DNA from: a bacterium
Lineage (GTDB): Bacteria > Fidelibacterota > Fidelibacteria > Fidelibacterales > Fidelibacteraceae
Direction of reading: 5' to 3'
Assembly: GCA_963676395.1 (NCBI GenBank)
Contig: OY781066.1
Coordinates: 1,440,001 to 1,504,000 of the forward strand
Length of the DNA: 64,000 bases
Both the position numbers and the translations under genes were made by a program. The notes beneath the pieces are model-generated. The model ran no database searches, had not been told where the DNA came from, and saw only the letters and a program-made list of their open reading frames with translations. Positions 39,714 through 50,613 of this stretch are shown piece after piece; position 1 is the stretch's first letter, and each line of letters opens with the position of its first letter.

Positions 39714-40784
39714 CTATTGAAGCAATCTGATCACATCATTTACAATAGCCAAGATCAATAAACCAAAGAGAAGAAACATACCTGCTTGTTGAATGATCAT
39801 TTTAGTTTTTATGCGCATTTCACGACGCATAAACCCTTCGGCAATAGCGATAATAATATGACCGCCGTCTAATCCGGGAATAGGAAGAATATTTAATAAT
39901 GCCAGGTTGACACTTAAAATACCGATCAATGACAGAAAGGGAAGAATTCCGGCTTTCGCTGATTCGCCGGCGAGTTGGCCGATATAAATAAACCCACCGA
40001 CATTTTTAAAGCTTTCTTGTCCTGTGACAAGTAACTTGAGAGAAACAAAGGTCATGTTAAGCCAATATCCTGTGGTTTTAATCCCTTGTCCAATAGCTCC
40101 AAAGAATCCGGCTTTTTTAACTGTGTATTCCGGAGATACACCAATCACGCCAATGATCTTAACTTCTCCGTCAATGATGGTTTTTTGTAATTGAGGTGTG
40201 AGGCTGGCGTGCTGTTTAATACCGTTACGAAGATACGTGATGTTTATCATGGTATCTCGTTTTGCCCTGATCATTTCACCCATTTCATCCCAGGTCTCGC
40301 ATTTTTGTCCGTCAATGCTAATTATCTTATCACCTTTTTGAAGGCCTACTTGACCTGCGGGCGCTTCGGTAGCAACATATTCTAACACCGGTTCGTTGGA
40401 TGCGGTTGCAATGCCCTGTATCCCCGACACAATGGAAAATACAAGAATAGCTAAAAGCAAGTTCATTAAAATACCGGCAATCGTCGCAAAGACCTTTTGC
40501 CATGTTTTTTTAGCTCGATATTCATAGGGCTGTGGTGGAAGACCTTCGAAAGATGTATCCATACTTTCGTCGATCATGCCTGACATCCGCACATAGCCTC
40601 CAAAAGGAATAGCGCCAATGGAATATTCCGTATCGCCTTTTTTCTTTTTAAAAATATGTGGGGGGAAACCGATAGAGAAGCTCTCTACACGAATACCGAC
40701 GGCTTTAGCTGCCAGAAAGTGACCAAGTTCATGTACAAAAACCAGTACGCTAAGTAATATAATTGTAGCAAGGATATATAACAT
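39714..40784 (-). CDS. rseP: RIP metalloprotease RseP (M50, PDZ domain)
   Basis: HELGH, FSIGF, IPFGGYVRM, PDZ region, NILPIPGLDGGH. ATG 40784 follows GGAG. Confidence 0.94.
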   Translation of the reverse strand: MLYILATIILLSVLVFVHELGHFLAAKAVGIRVESFSIGFPPHIFKKKKGDTEYSIGAIPFGGYVRMSGMIDESMDTSFEGLPPQPYEYRAKKTWQKVFATIAGILMNLLLAILVFSIVSGIQGIATASNEPVLEYVATEAPAGQVGLQKGDKIISIDGQKCETWDEMGEMIRAKRDTMINITYLRNGIKQHASLTPQLQKTIIDGEVKIIGVIGVSPEYTVKKAGFFGAIGQGIKTTGYWLNMTFVSLKLLVTGQESFKNVGGFIYIGQLAGESAKAGILPFLSLIGILSVNLALLNILPIPGLDGGHIIIAIAEGFMRREMRIKTKMIIQQAGMFLLFGLLILAIVNDVIRLLQ

Positions 40785-40913
40785 CAATAATTCTCCGTAT
40801 GATTTTTCAATTTTGTCGCTAAGGAACAATCATAAATTCGAAAGCGCAAGCTATCCAATCCCTCAAAATCAATAACCTTAATGATCGATTGTTCAAAGAC
40901 TCCGATAGAGTTC

Positions 40914-42134
40914 TTAGGGTATTAAGCTAACATTAGTTAAGAGTGTTCCCGAAGATGAAACTTTTATAACATTGATCGTTTCATCGTAACCCCAGGATTT
41001 TTCGGGATCATTGTTTTGTGTAGCGACTATGATTTCGCCTGTTGATAATTCTCTGACACCCATAGGTAGTTTATCTTCGAATTCCCGACGCCAGATCAAT
41101 TCGCCATTGGCGTCTAGTTTTTGTATCCATCCCATATCAGTATCGAAATAATATGAATAGGATTCACTGACGTAACCGCAAAGAATAATAGAGCCATCAC
41201 GACCTTCGATTGCACCTGTTAATTTTTCTCGTAAAGTTCGACCAATTGCTTTTGTCCAAAGCTTATTTCCATTGGCATCAAGTTTGATCAAATAACTTTG
41301 TTCTCCGTTATTCAAATTGTAATCATTGTTAGTCGAATCGTAAAGGCTGATCATACCAACGATTAGAAAATTACCATCATTTAATTCCTGTACACTATGA
41401 AAATCATCATAACGGTCTCCACCATAAGTTTGACTCCAAAGTGTATCGCCGTTTTCATCAAAGCGTAACGCCCACATATCTGTACTGCGATCTTCAACAT
41501 ATTTCACTCCAAGCGTCAAACAGCCATTGTCGTTTGTAGGTGTACCAACCCTCAAACTTTGATTGTAGACATTGCTAGGAATGCTTTTTGTCCATACTGT
41601 ATCGCCATTCGTCTCAAGCTTTATGATCACGACATCATCATAATTATCTTTACCTTCTACATAAGGTTTGTCTCCCCAACTGAAAACAAAGAGATCATCA
41701 TCACTGGAGGGTGCGATTCCGTTTATGCTTTCACCCAGATACAATTCCCAGTTTTGTTGCCCTTGAGGAGTGTATTCCCAAGCAGAAAAATCCCAGGAAT
41801 AGTATTCGCGAATATTTCCATAGAATAAAATATTTCCATTACTTAAAAAATAGGGGCGAATGATATTTGCGCGCTCATTTACATGAATGGCATGTTGCTC
41901 GATTAGCTCTCCATTAGAATTCACTTCGATAAACAGCAGAGAATCATTGGTTTCCCACTCGTTTGGAATTTCTTCGGCTTTGATGGCAAGAATGCTGAAG
42001 TTGTCGTTTCCCGCTGGGAAAAATCCAAAGACATTGATTTCAACTTCGGGTTCATCGGTATTACTGTTAGTACCGCATGAAAATATTAAAAGGGTGGTAA
42101 ACAATAAAATGCATATTTTGATGAGTTTTTTCAT
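40914..42134 (-). CDS. Lipoprotein with repeated beta-propeller-like units
   Basis: Lipobox IFSC; repeats KLETNGDTVW, RFDENGDTLW, KLDANGNKLW, KLDANGELIW. Confidence 0.75.
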   Translation of the reverse strand: MKKLIKICILLFTTLLIFSCGTNSNTDEPEVEINVFGFFPAGNDNFSILAIKAEEIPNEWETNDSLLFIEVNSNGELIEQHAIHVNERANIIRPYFLSNGNILFYGNIREYYSWDFSAWEYTPQGQQNWELYLGESINGIAPSSDDDLFVFSWGDKPYVEGKDNYDDVVIIKLETNGDTVWTKSIPSNVYNQSLRVGTPTNDNGCLTLGVKYVEDRSTDMWALRFDENGDTLWSQTYGGDRYDDFHSVQELNDGNFLIVGMISLYDSTNNDYNLNNGEQSYLIKLDANGNKLWTKAIGRTLREKLTGAIEGRDGSIILCGYVSESYSYYFDTDMGWIQKLDANGELIWRREFEDKLPMGVRELSTGEIIVATQNNDPEKSWGYDETINVIKVSSSGTLLTNVSLIP

Positions 42135-42228
42135 GAGATCCTTTATTATTATCAAAACGAAAATAATTAAATAGCTTCCTTTTTACAAGGTTTTCATTAT
42201 ATTCCTTTTCTATAAAGAAGGACAACAC

Positions 42229-44601
42229 GTGAAAAAGTATTTCAAACAGTTATTTGTATTATATCTCGCTGCATTATCGTTATCTTTTGCCGGAACGGTT
42301 TCGGGTTTTATTTCAAATTTCGAAGATGGAGAACCCATTCACTATGCTAACGTATTTCTTGAAAACACAAGGCTCGGAGCGGTATCCAATTCTGATGGTT
42401 ATTACATAATTCTAGATGTACCTGCGGGAGAATATACCCTGGTTGTATCTGTTATCGGTTATGAATTGCAAAAACGTCAGATCAAAGTGACCGCTAACGG
42501 GCGTGTTAAAGATCATTTTGAATTGGTCTCTCAACGTGTGGAATTAGAAGAAGTTATAGTAAGTGCTGAACGTGAGAAATTTAAGCAAGAAATTAAAATT
42601 GCCTCGGTTACAATGGATCAGGCCGCGTTAAGAACGGTCCCTGTGTTGGTTGAAGCTGATCTTTTTCGTGCATTACAGATGTTGCCTTCGGTCAGTAGCG
42701 GATCTGATTTTTCATCTGCACTTTATGTCCGCGGTGGATCTCCTGATCAAAATCTAATCCTTTTGGATGGAATAACAGTTTACAACCCCTATCACTTCGG
42801 TGGAATTTTTTCTACCTTTAATACAGATGCTATTAAAGAAGCAGAATTTATTGCCGGTGGTTTTCCCGCCGAATACGGTGGTCGCATGTCCTCCGTTCTT
42901 GATATCAAGAATCGCGAAGGTAACTCCGAAGAATTTCATGGTTCGGGAAATGTTTCGCTGCTTTCATCAAAGTTATTGCTTGAAGGACCTATCCCAAGAG
43001 GTTCGTTTATGATCTCCGGCAGGCGAACATACTTCGATGCTATTTTTGAGGCCGGCAAGCAGCTTTATAATTTAACTGTTCCTGAAGATTATGAAATACC
43101 CTTTTCTTTTCCTTACTATTTTTACGATCTACAAGGTAAGGTTAATGTTAATATCAATGAAGCACACAGAACAACTTTGTCGGGTTTTTTCGGTAGAGAT
43201 GTATTAAATATTTCCCAAAAAGTTCAGGAAGGAAATCCCGGAGAAGATGAATATTATTTAAGTTATTTTGGTATCGATTGGAAATGGGGAAATAATACAA
43301 CCTCATTAAAACATCGTTGGTTGATCCGTCCCGACCTTATTGCCAAGTTCTTTGTGGCTCGGTCTCGTTTTGATTTTGATGTAGATTTCCTAACAAAGAC
43401 TGAGCGTTATAGTATTACTCCGATCGATTCTACGACTTATGATACGACGGACTACAAAGAAAGTCAAAGCATCGAAATGAATGATTATATTCAAGATTGG
43501 TCTGAAGGTATTGATTTGACTTGGCTGATTAATAAGAAAAACACTTTAAAATTTGGATCATTTCACAAGAATATTGATTTTGAGTTGGGAGCAAGCTTTG
43601 GTGAGATAACCCTTCTTGACAGTAGTAATCATTCTCGTGAATGGGGATTTTATTTGCAAGAAAGATACAAACCCTCACCTCTGTTTATTTTTGAACCGGG
43701 TATCAGATTAACCCGATATGAGAATACCAAGAAGTGGTATCCGGATATTCGTTTTAAAGGAAAGTGGTTGGCTACCGATCAACTAGCACTTACGCTTGCC
43801 GGTGGTACTGTTCACCAATTTTTGCAAACGGCAAATTTCGAAAATGAAATGGTTCGATTTATTGATCTTTGGTTCCCCACCACATCCGAACAGCAACCCA
43901 GTAAAGCAACTCACTACAATGTGGGATTAGAATACTGGTTTGATAACATCCAATTTACTTTGGAAGCGTATTACAAAGATTACGATCATCTTTTAACCAT
44001 GGATGAAGACCTTGGTGGGGCTAATTTAATGACCTTTGTCGAAGCGGAAGGTTATTCTTTTGGCATTGAGTTTCTTGCTAAAAAATCAACGGGAGATTTA
44101 ACCGGATGGATCGGTTATTCGTATATGAATACGCGTAAGCGTGAAAGTGAAGCAGCCGGATGGTATGCACCAAAATACGATCGTACGCATAATTTGAATA
44201 TTGTGGCAAATTATGATATAGATAAACGCTGGTTTTTCTCTTCTTCTTTGGTTTGGAGTACCGGGAATCCTTATTCTCAGATCTTGGGTAAATTTCATTA
44301 TGTGGATCCTATCAATAATTGGACGAGAAGTATGGAGATCTATGGTGAACGGAACGGTGAAAGATATCCAGCGTATTTTAGATTGGATGTAGGTATCAAC
44401 CGTCGTGGTAAGATCTTTGGTCAAAAAGCCACCTATTATTTTCATATCATGAATGTAACAAATCACAAGAACATATTCTTTTATCGTTACGAAGATTGGG
44501 ATTCGGAGTTTGACCCCGAAACCGGTACATCGGTTATTCGAAGACAGCCGATCACGATGTTCCCGATCTTACCAACTTTTGGCGTGGAGTTTGAATTCTA
44601 A
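42229..44601 (+). CDS. TonB-dependent outer-membrane receptor
   Basis: CarboxypepD-like N-domain, plug motif YVRGGSPDQNLILLDG, GGFPAEYGGRMSS, YFRLD, terminal Phe. Confidence 0.92.
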   Translation: MKKYFKQLFVLYLAALSLSFAGTVSGFISNFEDGEPIHYANVFLENTRLGAVSNSDGYYIILDVPAGEYTLVVSVIGYELQKRQIKVTANGRVKDHFELVSQRVELEEVIVSAEREKFKQEIKIASVTMDQAALRTVPVLVEADLFRALQMLPSVSSGSDFSSALYVRGGSPDQNLILLDGITVYNPYHFGGIFSTFNTDAIKEAEFIAGGFPAEYGGRMSSVLDIKNREGNSEEFHGSGNVSLLSSKLLLEGPIPRGSFMISGRRTYFDAIFEAGKQLYNLTVPEDYEIPFSFPYYFYDLQGKVNVNINEAHRTTLSGFFGRDVLNISQKVQEGNPGEDEYYLSYFGIDWKWGNNTTSLKHRWLIRPDLIAKFFVARSRFDFDVDFLTKTERYSITPIDSTTYDTTDYKESQSIEMNDYIQDWSEGIDLTWLINKKNTLKFGSFHKNIDFELGASFGEITLLDSSNHSREWGFYLQERYKPSPLFIFEPGIRLTRYENTKKWYPDIRFKGKWLATDQLALTLAGGTVHQFLQTANFENEMVRFIDLWFPTTSEQQPSKATHYNVGLEYWFDNIQFTLEAYYKDYDHLLTMDEDLGGANLMTFVEAEGYSFGIEFLAKKSTGDLTGWIGYSYMNTRKRESEAAGWYAPKYDRTHNLNIVANYDIDKRWFFSSSLVWSTGNPYSQILGKFHYVDPINNWTRSMEIYGERNGERYPAYFRLDVGINRRGKIFGQKATYYFHIMNVTNHKNIFFYRYEDWDSEFDPETGTSVIRRQPITMFPILPTFGVEFEF

Positions 44602-45536
44602 TGAAAAAATCAATTTTAATTTTTAGTATAGCCTTGGCTTTGTTTTCGGTCTTTTCTTGTTCCAAATTCGAAAACGTCACCATTTATCACACTCCGTATT
44701 TAAATGTATTTGCAAATGTTACGTCGGGAGGATCCGATAGTAATTTCGTGTATGTCATGCGTACTACAGGTTATGGTGAGCCGGATAGTTATGAATTAGA
44801 CAGTATACTTTATCATGAATTTTATAATGAATCTTCCGGTGATACGATTCGCTATCAAACATTCTATATTGATACGGTTTACGCTATCAATGATGCTAAG
44901 GTATGGTTTATACACAATGGTGACAGTATAGAGTTTTACGAAGCATCTCAAGGATATTATTTAATGGTCGACAGTAATGTGAACATTGTTGTTGGGGATG
45001 AATATGAGCTGCTTGTTGAAACTGAAGAATTTGGCACAGCCAGGGCGACAGAGGAAGCTCTTGAGCCGATTTCCTGGACCAACCCGGCCGAAATTCAGGA
45101 TACGATTTGGATATCAATTTCCGAGCCTTTGGCAGATACGATTTCCTGGACCGATCTGGGTGGTGCCTACGGTTTGCTTTTTACCAAAACTTATGATTAC
45201 GGTGGGGGATCATGGGAGTATTTATTTGAACAGATTGAACTAAGAAATGCTTTTTGGACGTATGACTCAAGCAATTACGATCAATTGTTCAATGTCGACC
45301 CATTTAAAGAATATCTATATAGTGAATGGGAAGCAGACACACTTGAATTAACGGCAAGAGTGATTGCTTTTTCTGAATCATATTTAAATTATAGAAGTTT
45401 GGAACAAATGGTGTTGACCACTGGATTTATTCGCTATCCAACGATCAATGATTTTAGAGTGAATATTGATAATGCATTAGGTGCATTTACCTCATATTCG
45501 GTTTCTGATACTAGGACGGTAATGTTTACAAAGTAA
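44601..45536 (+). CDS. Lipoprotein partner of the TonB receptor, DUF4249-like
   Basis: Lipobox VFSC, GDEYELLV, C-terminal NIDNALGAF; overlaps the receptor stop codon. Confidence 0.7.
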   Translation: MKKSILIFSIALALFSVFSCSKFENVTIYHTPYLNVFANVTSGGSDSNFVYVMRTTGYGEPDSYELDSILYHEFYNESSGDTIRYQTFYIDTVYAINDAKVWFIHNGDSIEFYEASQGYYLMVDSNVNIVVGDEYELLVETEEFGTARATEEALEPISWTNPAEIQDTIWISISEPLADTISWTDLGGAYGLLFTKTYDYGGGSWEYLFEQIELRNAFWTYDSSNYDQLFNVDPFKEYLYSEWEADTLELTARVIAFSESYLNYRSLEQMVLTTGFIRYPTINDFRVNIDNALGAFTSYSVSDTRTVMFTK

Positions 45537-45560
45537 GTTGAAAGATTATTTAATAGTATT

Positions 45561-45592
45561 CAATAGCCCCGGATTTTAACCCGGGGCTATTG
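45561..45592. terminator. Bidirectional terminator hairpin between convergent genes
   Basis: CAATAGCCCCGG...CCGGGGCTATTG, 12-bp perfect stem. Confidence 0.7.
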
Positions 45593-45635
45593 TTATATTG
45601 GTATCTTTTTTTAAGCTCAAGCTTATTGATATACT

Positions 45636-47828
45636 TTATTTGATGTAAACCATCTTCTTTGTATCAACCCAATCATTTGTGTTTATACGATAAAAATACA
45701 CACCAGTTGGTAAACGATTTGAAGAGAAGTTTACACTATAAGATCCCGCTTCTTGATAGCCCGTGAAAATATTTGTAATAAGATTTCCCGTGACATCGTA
45801 AATGTTAATACTGACATCGCTGGCACCGGAGATATCATAAGTGATAGTCGTATTTGGATTAAATGGATTTGGGTAATTTTGATATAGCTTATACTTTGAT
45901 GGTAAATTATCTGGATCGTCATCCGAAATTGTCGAAAGATCGCACGTCCCAAGCATATTATCGTCCAGCCATGTTAAACGTGAATTTAACCATGATTTAA
46001 GATAGTTAATTTCTTCGGCATAAGTTTGACCTACATATTTATTGGGATAAACATAAGTGCCGAGAATTGGCCATTTTGTAAAATTTCTTTTTTGGGCATC
46101 TTCAAGGAGTGCCGCTTGGGCATCAATAAATGCAAGTAGATTGCTTGTGCTTAAATTGTTTTGTCTTAAAGTTTTCCATTGGCATGCGATTTTGTTTTGG
46201 ATTTCCGGTTCTTCGGATATATCATATATCCAGGATGGTCTTAAATATGGCAGATCCGCCCAGATATATGACCAACCTGTAGGTCCGCAATCTTGAGTAA
46301 AATCATAGTTGCCAAAGGCCAGGTTAAGATCCCAAAGTGGACCAAAATGAATTTTTCCAATATCCCCGTCTTCATCGTCTTTTGTTTTGTACATGTAAAA
46401 GCTGAACTTATAATTGTCAATGTGTTTGAATATCTCATTTGCGATCCAATAGTTAACAAATGAAGGGAGATGAATATAATCTTTGTATTCTGCTAAAGAG
46501 CTTGCATTATCTACCAAATTTTCGAATTGAGTGATATGATTAATGAGATAGTTTTTTTGTTCGGGGCCGATATCATCATAAGCAGGATATCTAAAACGAT
46601 AAAAAGGTTTATTGTTATAAGGTGATTTCCAACCTTTTCCCACTTCTTCCCGTTCTACAGAAAAGATATATCCTCCGGTTAATTCTATTCCCTCTGTATC
46701 TGAACTTTTTAACTTGGCAATATCGACACGGTTTGAATCCCGTTTGATCTTTTCCATTAGGACATACACGCCGAGGTACTCATTATTGATATAAAGCTCA
46801 CACCACTTGGTCCGCGGAGTATAATCACCTGTTTGCGCACCAATGTGCATGGCCAGAACATTACGCATTAAACTTTTATCGGAGTATGGTGCGTAAAGAA
46901 CCCAATCATTTTCAGGGGGTAAACCAAGAAGAGATACATTATTATTTGATCCGTCTTCAAGACGGGTTTCGAAACCATAGCTTTTCTTTGGAAAATCTTG
47001 TGAAGAGCTACCTCGTATTTCTATACCTATTTTACCGTCGTAGCCATTATGGGGATCGGTAATATAATTAAGATTTCCACTGCCATTATCAATAATACCA
47101 AGGTTTGCGGCGATCTTAGGCTCTGAGATGATGTTTTGTCCACCTGTATTAATGCTTAAGATAGGTAAGTTGGATGACGCAACCGGGTTTTCAAACCAGG
47201 AAGGAAGTGTTTGATAATTGTTAGAATCATCTGTTATACCGGCCGTTAAAAATATTAAAGATGAAAGATCTGATGATTGACTGCTGTTATTGTGAACTTG
47301 TATAGCAAGGGTATTATTACCATTGTTGAGCAAGCTTCTGTCAACAAGAAAAACATCGGGGATACCACCTCGGTATAGTTTTGCTTCACGTTGTTCATAT
47401 GTTGATTCATCATACGTAGGACGGATTCCTACGGTACCAATATTGGAACGACAGATTTCAACGCCATTAAGATAAGCCACAAAGGCATCATCGTAATCAG
47501 CATGAAGATAGAGTGCTGCGATGCTAGAGGTGTTAACAATATTGAATTCTTTGCGTAAATAAACAGAATAAGCCGACTCAATAACCGTTGCATCGTCATC
47601 GTCACCATAACCGATGCCACCCGGTCCGGTAGGCCAAGCGTTATCATTAAAGCCGTGTTGATACCAATTCGAAGGCGGTTCGGAATTTCCCACGAAATAA
47701 TTCCATGTATTTTCAGCAAGAATGATTGCCTCCCAATGGTCAATTGATTGACCATTGAGGGAAAATGGAGTAAAGAAGATTAATAAAACAATAATGAGGG
47801 AAAGTCCAATAGGTTGCCTGGCTTCCAT
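45636..47828 (-). CDS. Secreted CotH kinase-family protein with N-terminal beta-sandwich and T9SS-type CTD, copy B
   Basis: IGIEIRGSSSQ, DWVLYAPYSDKSLMRN, EKIKRD, GPLWDLNLAFGN, NYPNPFNP...GVYFY. Confidence 0.87.
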   Translation of the reverse strand: MEARQPIGLSLIIVLLIFFTPFSLNGQSIDHWEAIILAENTWNYFVGNSEPPSNWYQHGFNDNAWPTGPGGIGYGDDDDATVIESAYSVYLRKEFNIVNTSSIAALYLHADYDDAFVAYLNGVEICRSNIGTVGIRPTYDESTYEQREAKLYRGGIPDVFLVDRSLLNNGNNTLAIQVHNNSSQSSDLSSLIFLTAGITDDSNNYQTLPSWFENPVASSNLPILSINTGGQNIISEPKIAANLGIIDNGSGNLNYITDPHNGYDGKIGIEIRGSSSQDFPKKSYGFETRLEDGSNNNVSLLGLPPENDWVLYAPYSDKSLMRNVLAMHIGAQTGDYTPRTKWCELYINNEYLGVYVLMEKIKRDSNRVDIAKLKSSDTEGIELTGGYIFSVEREEVGKGWKSPYNNKPFYRFRYPAYDDIGPEQKNYLINHITQFENLVDNASSLAEYKDYIHLPSFVNYWIANEIFKHIDNYKFSFYMYKTKDDEDGDIGKIHFGPLWDLNLAFGNYDFTQDCGPTGWSYIWADLPYLRPSWIYDISEEPEIQNKIACQWKTLRQNNLSTSNLLAFIDAQAALLEDAQKRNFTKWPILGTYVYPNKYVGQTYAEEINYLKSWLNSRLTWLDDNMLGTCDLSTISDDDPDNLPSKYKLYQNYPNPFNPNTTITYDISGASDVSINIYDVTGNLITNIFTGYQEAGSYSVNFSSNRLPTGVYFYRINTNDWVDTKKMVYIK

Positions 47829-47913
47829 TAAATATCCTTTCTAAATGAGCATTGTTTATATATTAAATATTATCAAGTTCTGTGCGTGGCTTGTGTGAGT
47901 TGCCGAAACATAT

Positions 47914-50100
47914 CTATTTAATATATACCATTTTCCTTGAATCCATCCATTCGTTTGTGGTTAAGCGATAGATATACATGCCGGAAGTTAAATAGTTTAA
48001 ATTGAGATCAAAGCTGTAGCTTCCGGCTTCTTGATCACCGTTATATATGTTGAATATCTTATTACCCTTGAGGTCATATATATCAAGACTAACATTGGTT
48101 GTAGCCGGTATATCATATGAAATTTTCGTAGTGGGATTGAAGGGATTTGGATAATTTTGATATAATTTGTAATTCTGTGGCAGTTGCGCTGAATGCTCAT
48201 CGTCTGTTGCTATACTGGAAACGCCACATTTACCGACCATGTTTTCATCCATCCAGTCTAAGCGATTGCTTAACCATGTTTTTAGATATTGGATCTCTTC
48301 CTGATAGGTGTCACCTACAAATGCGTTCGGCCATATATTTGTACCCAGAATAGGCCATCTGTTAAAGTTTCTTGCTTGAGCTTCTTCAAGTAAAATAGCT
48401 TGATTATCAATAAAACTGAGTAAATTATCGGTTCTTAGGACATCTTGTCTTAATTCGCGCCATCTGCAATGAATTTGATTTTGGATTAGAGTATCCGCAG
48501 ATAGGTCATCTATGATCCACGGAGATAAATAGGGTCGTCTTGCCCAAATATAAGACCATCCTTCGGGTTCGTATCCATCTACGTCATAGTTCCCATATGC
48601 AAGGTCAAGATCCCAGATCGGTCCAAAATGTAATTTCCCTCCCTTGTCATCTTTTGTTTTATGCATAAAGAAGCTGAACTTATAATTATCCAGATTTTTA
48701 AATATCTCTGTTGCTATCCAATAGTTGACGAAAGAAGGAATATCAAAGAATTGACTATATGCTTCAGAAGAGCTTGAGTAATGAATTAGCTGTTCAAGTT
48801 GTCCTATATGGTTTTGTATGTAAGCTTTTTGTTGATCCGTAATTTCATCATTCTTGGGATATCGATACTGATAGAAAGGGTTATAATAATTTGGTGATTG
48901 CCAACCTGATCCGGGCCCTTCATCTCTATCTATGGAAATAATATACCCTCCGGTCAGATCAACGCCACTGGTGTCGGTCTCATCAAGTTTAGAAATATCA
49001 ACACGATTTTTGTCTCGCTTGATCTTCTCGGTCAGTACATAAACACCCCGATAATCACCATTGATATAAAGTTCGCACCATCTGGTACGAGCTGCATATT
49101 CACCGGTTAAGCGACCAATATGATATGATAGAACATTTCTCATCAAGCTTTTATCTGAATAGGGCCCATGAAGCACCCAATCGTTTTCTTCGGGTAGACC
49201 TAATAGAGAAACATTATTGTTCGAACCATCCTCCGAGCGGGTTTCGAAACCATAGTTCTTTTTAGGGAATTGTTGTGAAGAGTGGCCCCTTACCTCAATG
49301 CCGATCTCACCGTTGTAGCCATTTGCCGAATCCGTTAAGAAATTTATATTTCCCACTCCATTGTCAATAATTTTGAGTGTTGCGGTGATTTTGGGTTCAT
49401 CCTGTATTTCCTGGCCATTTGTATTGACAATTAAGATCGGTAAATTTGATGATTCTGTAGGGGTTTCAAACCAATCCGGTAAAGCTTGGTAATTGTAAGA
49501 ACCATCTTGAACACCGGCGAATAAAAACATCAAGGAGGACAAGTCAGAAGAATTGCTACTATTATTATTAACTTGAACGGCCAGGAGATTACTTCCATTC
49601 CGGAAGTGGCTTTTATCTATCAAGAAAGATTCCGGCGTCATACCCCTGTATAATCTTGCTTCACGTTGTTCATAAGTAGATGCATCAAATGTGGGGGGTA
49701 CTCCAATGGTACCAATGTTGGCACGACATATTTCAACACCGTTCAGGTATGCAACAAAAGCATCATCATAGTCGGCAAAAAAATAAATAAGAGAGAGCAT
49801 TGATGAATCAATAACATTAAACTCTTTTCGTAAATAAATCGAATAAGTTGAATCAATAATGGTAGCATCATCATTATCACCGTAACCTATTCCACCCGGT
49901 CCGCTAAGCCATAGGGCATCATTAAAATCCGATTGAAACCAATTTAAGGGTGGCTCGGAATTTCCGATCCGGAATTTCCAGGTGTTTTCTGCAAGAACAA
50001 GTGCTTCCCAGTGGTCAATTGATTGACTTCTTCCAGATAAGGGAAAAAGAAGGATCAAGAAGACAATGACTGCCGGTTTGATGTGTTTTTTTAATGTCAT
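47914..50100 (-). CDS. Secreted CotH kinase-family protein with T9SS-type CTD, copy A
   Basis: Same architecture as 45636..47828 with long identical blocks. Confidence 0.87.
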   Translation of the reverse strand: MTLKKHIKPAVIVFLILLFPLSGRSQSIDHWEALVLAENTWKFRIGNSEPPLNWFQSDFNDALWLSGPGGIGYGDNDDATIIDSTYSIYLRKEFNVIDSSMLSLIYFFADYDDAFVAYLNGVEICRANIGTIGVPPTFDASTYEQREARLYRGMTPESFLIDKSHFRNGSNLLAVQVNNNSSNSSDLSSLMFLFAGVQDGSYNYQALPDWFETPTESSNLPILIVNTNGQEIQDEPKITATLKIIDNGVGNINFLTDSANGYNGEIGIEVRGHSSQQFPKKNYGFETRSEDGSNNNVSLLGLPEENDWVLHGPYSDKSLMRNVLSYHIGRLTGEYAARTRWCELYINGDYRGVYVLTEKIKRDKNRVDISKLDETDTSGVDLTGGYIISIDRDEGPGSGWQSPNYYNPFYQYRYPKNDEITDQQKAYIQNHIGQLEQLIHYSSSSEAYSQFFDIPSFVNYWIATEIFKNLDNYKFSFFMHKTKDDKGGKLHFGPIWDLDLAYGNYDVDGYEPEGWSYIWARRPYLSPWIIDDLSADTLIQNQIHCRWRELRQDVLRTDNLLSFIDNQAILLEEAQARNFNRWPILGTNIWPNAFVGDTYQEEIQYLKTWLSNRLDWMDENMVGKCGVSSIATDDEHSAQLPQNYKLYQNYPNPFNPTTKISYDIPATTNVSLDIYDLKGNKIFNIYNGDQEAGSYSFDLNLNYLTSGMYIYRLTTNEWMDSRKMVYIK

Positions 50101-50256
50101 AAAGTAGTCGTTCTCCAGAATTAGTTATCCTCAAAAAATGAGAGCTTTTTAAGATAAATGCAAGAATTAATATTAGGTGATTACCCAATATTAAAGCGTG
50201 ATAAACTCTAGATGATAGATGTTTTGATGACAATTATGATATCACATATTTCTCAA

Positions 50257-50526
50257 TTAGATATAATTAAAATCGAAGATCGCAATATGTGTTAATAAAT
50301 TAAAATCTATGGTGGGTTTCACATTGCTCAACATCCATCCGGGAAAAATCCGAAAACAATATGATCCGGTTCCGGATCTTTGGAGACACGTTTCTGTAAT
50401 GGGATTATGTTTACCGGAGCTTGATATTTGGTAAGTTTTTCCTGGTAACGTTTTTGGTAATATTTTTGTGCATCATCCTGAATTATGCCTTATTCAATAT
50501 ACCTGTATAGAAAATGTAATACTCAT
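50257..50526 (-). pseudogene. Degraded 5' fragment of a GH18 paralogue
   Basis: With one base restored at 50336/50337 the - strand reads HIVFGFFPDWMLSNVKPTIDFNLLTHIAIFDF, which aligns without gaps to HTVFGYLPDWKRNSAPQYFQYDLLSHIALFDF of the neighbouring GH18. Flanked by stop codons. Confidence 0.75.
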
Positions 50527-50613
50527 GTTGTTTAATTCGTGAGTACATGTGCTTTGTATACAATAAACTTGATTGAGTGTGTGCATGTAGGAAGTGTCGG
50601 TGAATATTTATTA

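Noticed and set aside
50015..50233. 72-aa ORF upstream of CotH copy A
   Set aside because: Overlaps the real CotH start in another frame and has no homology cues.
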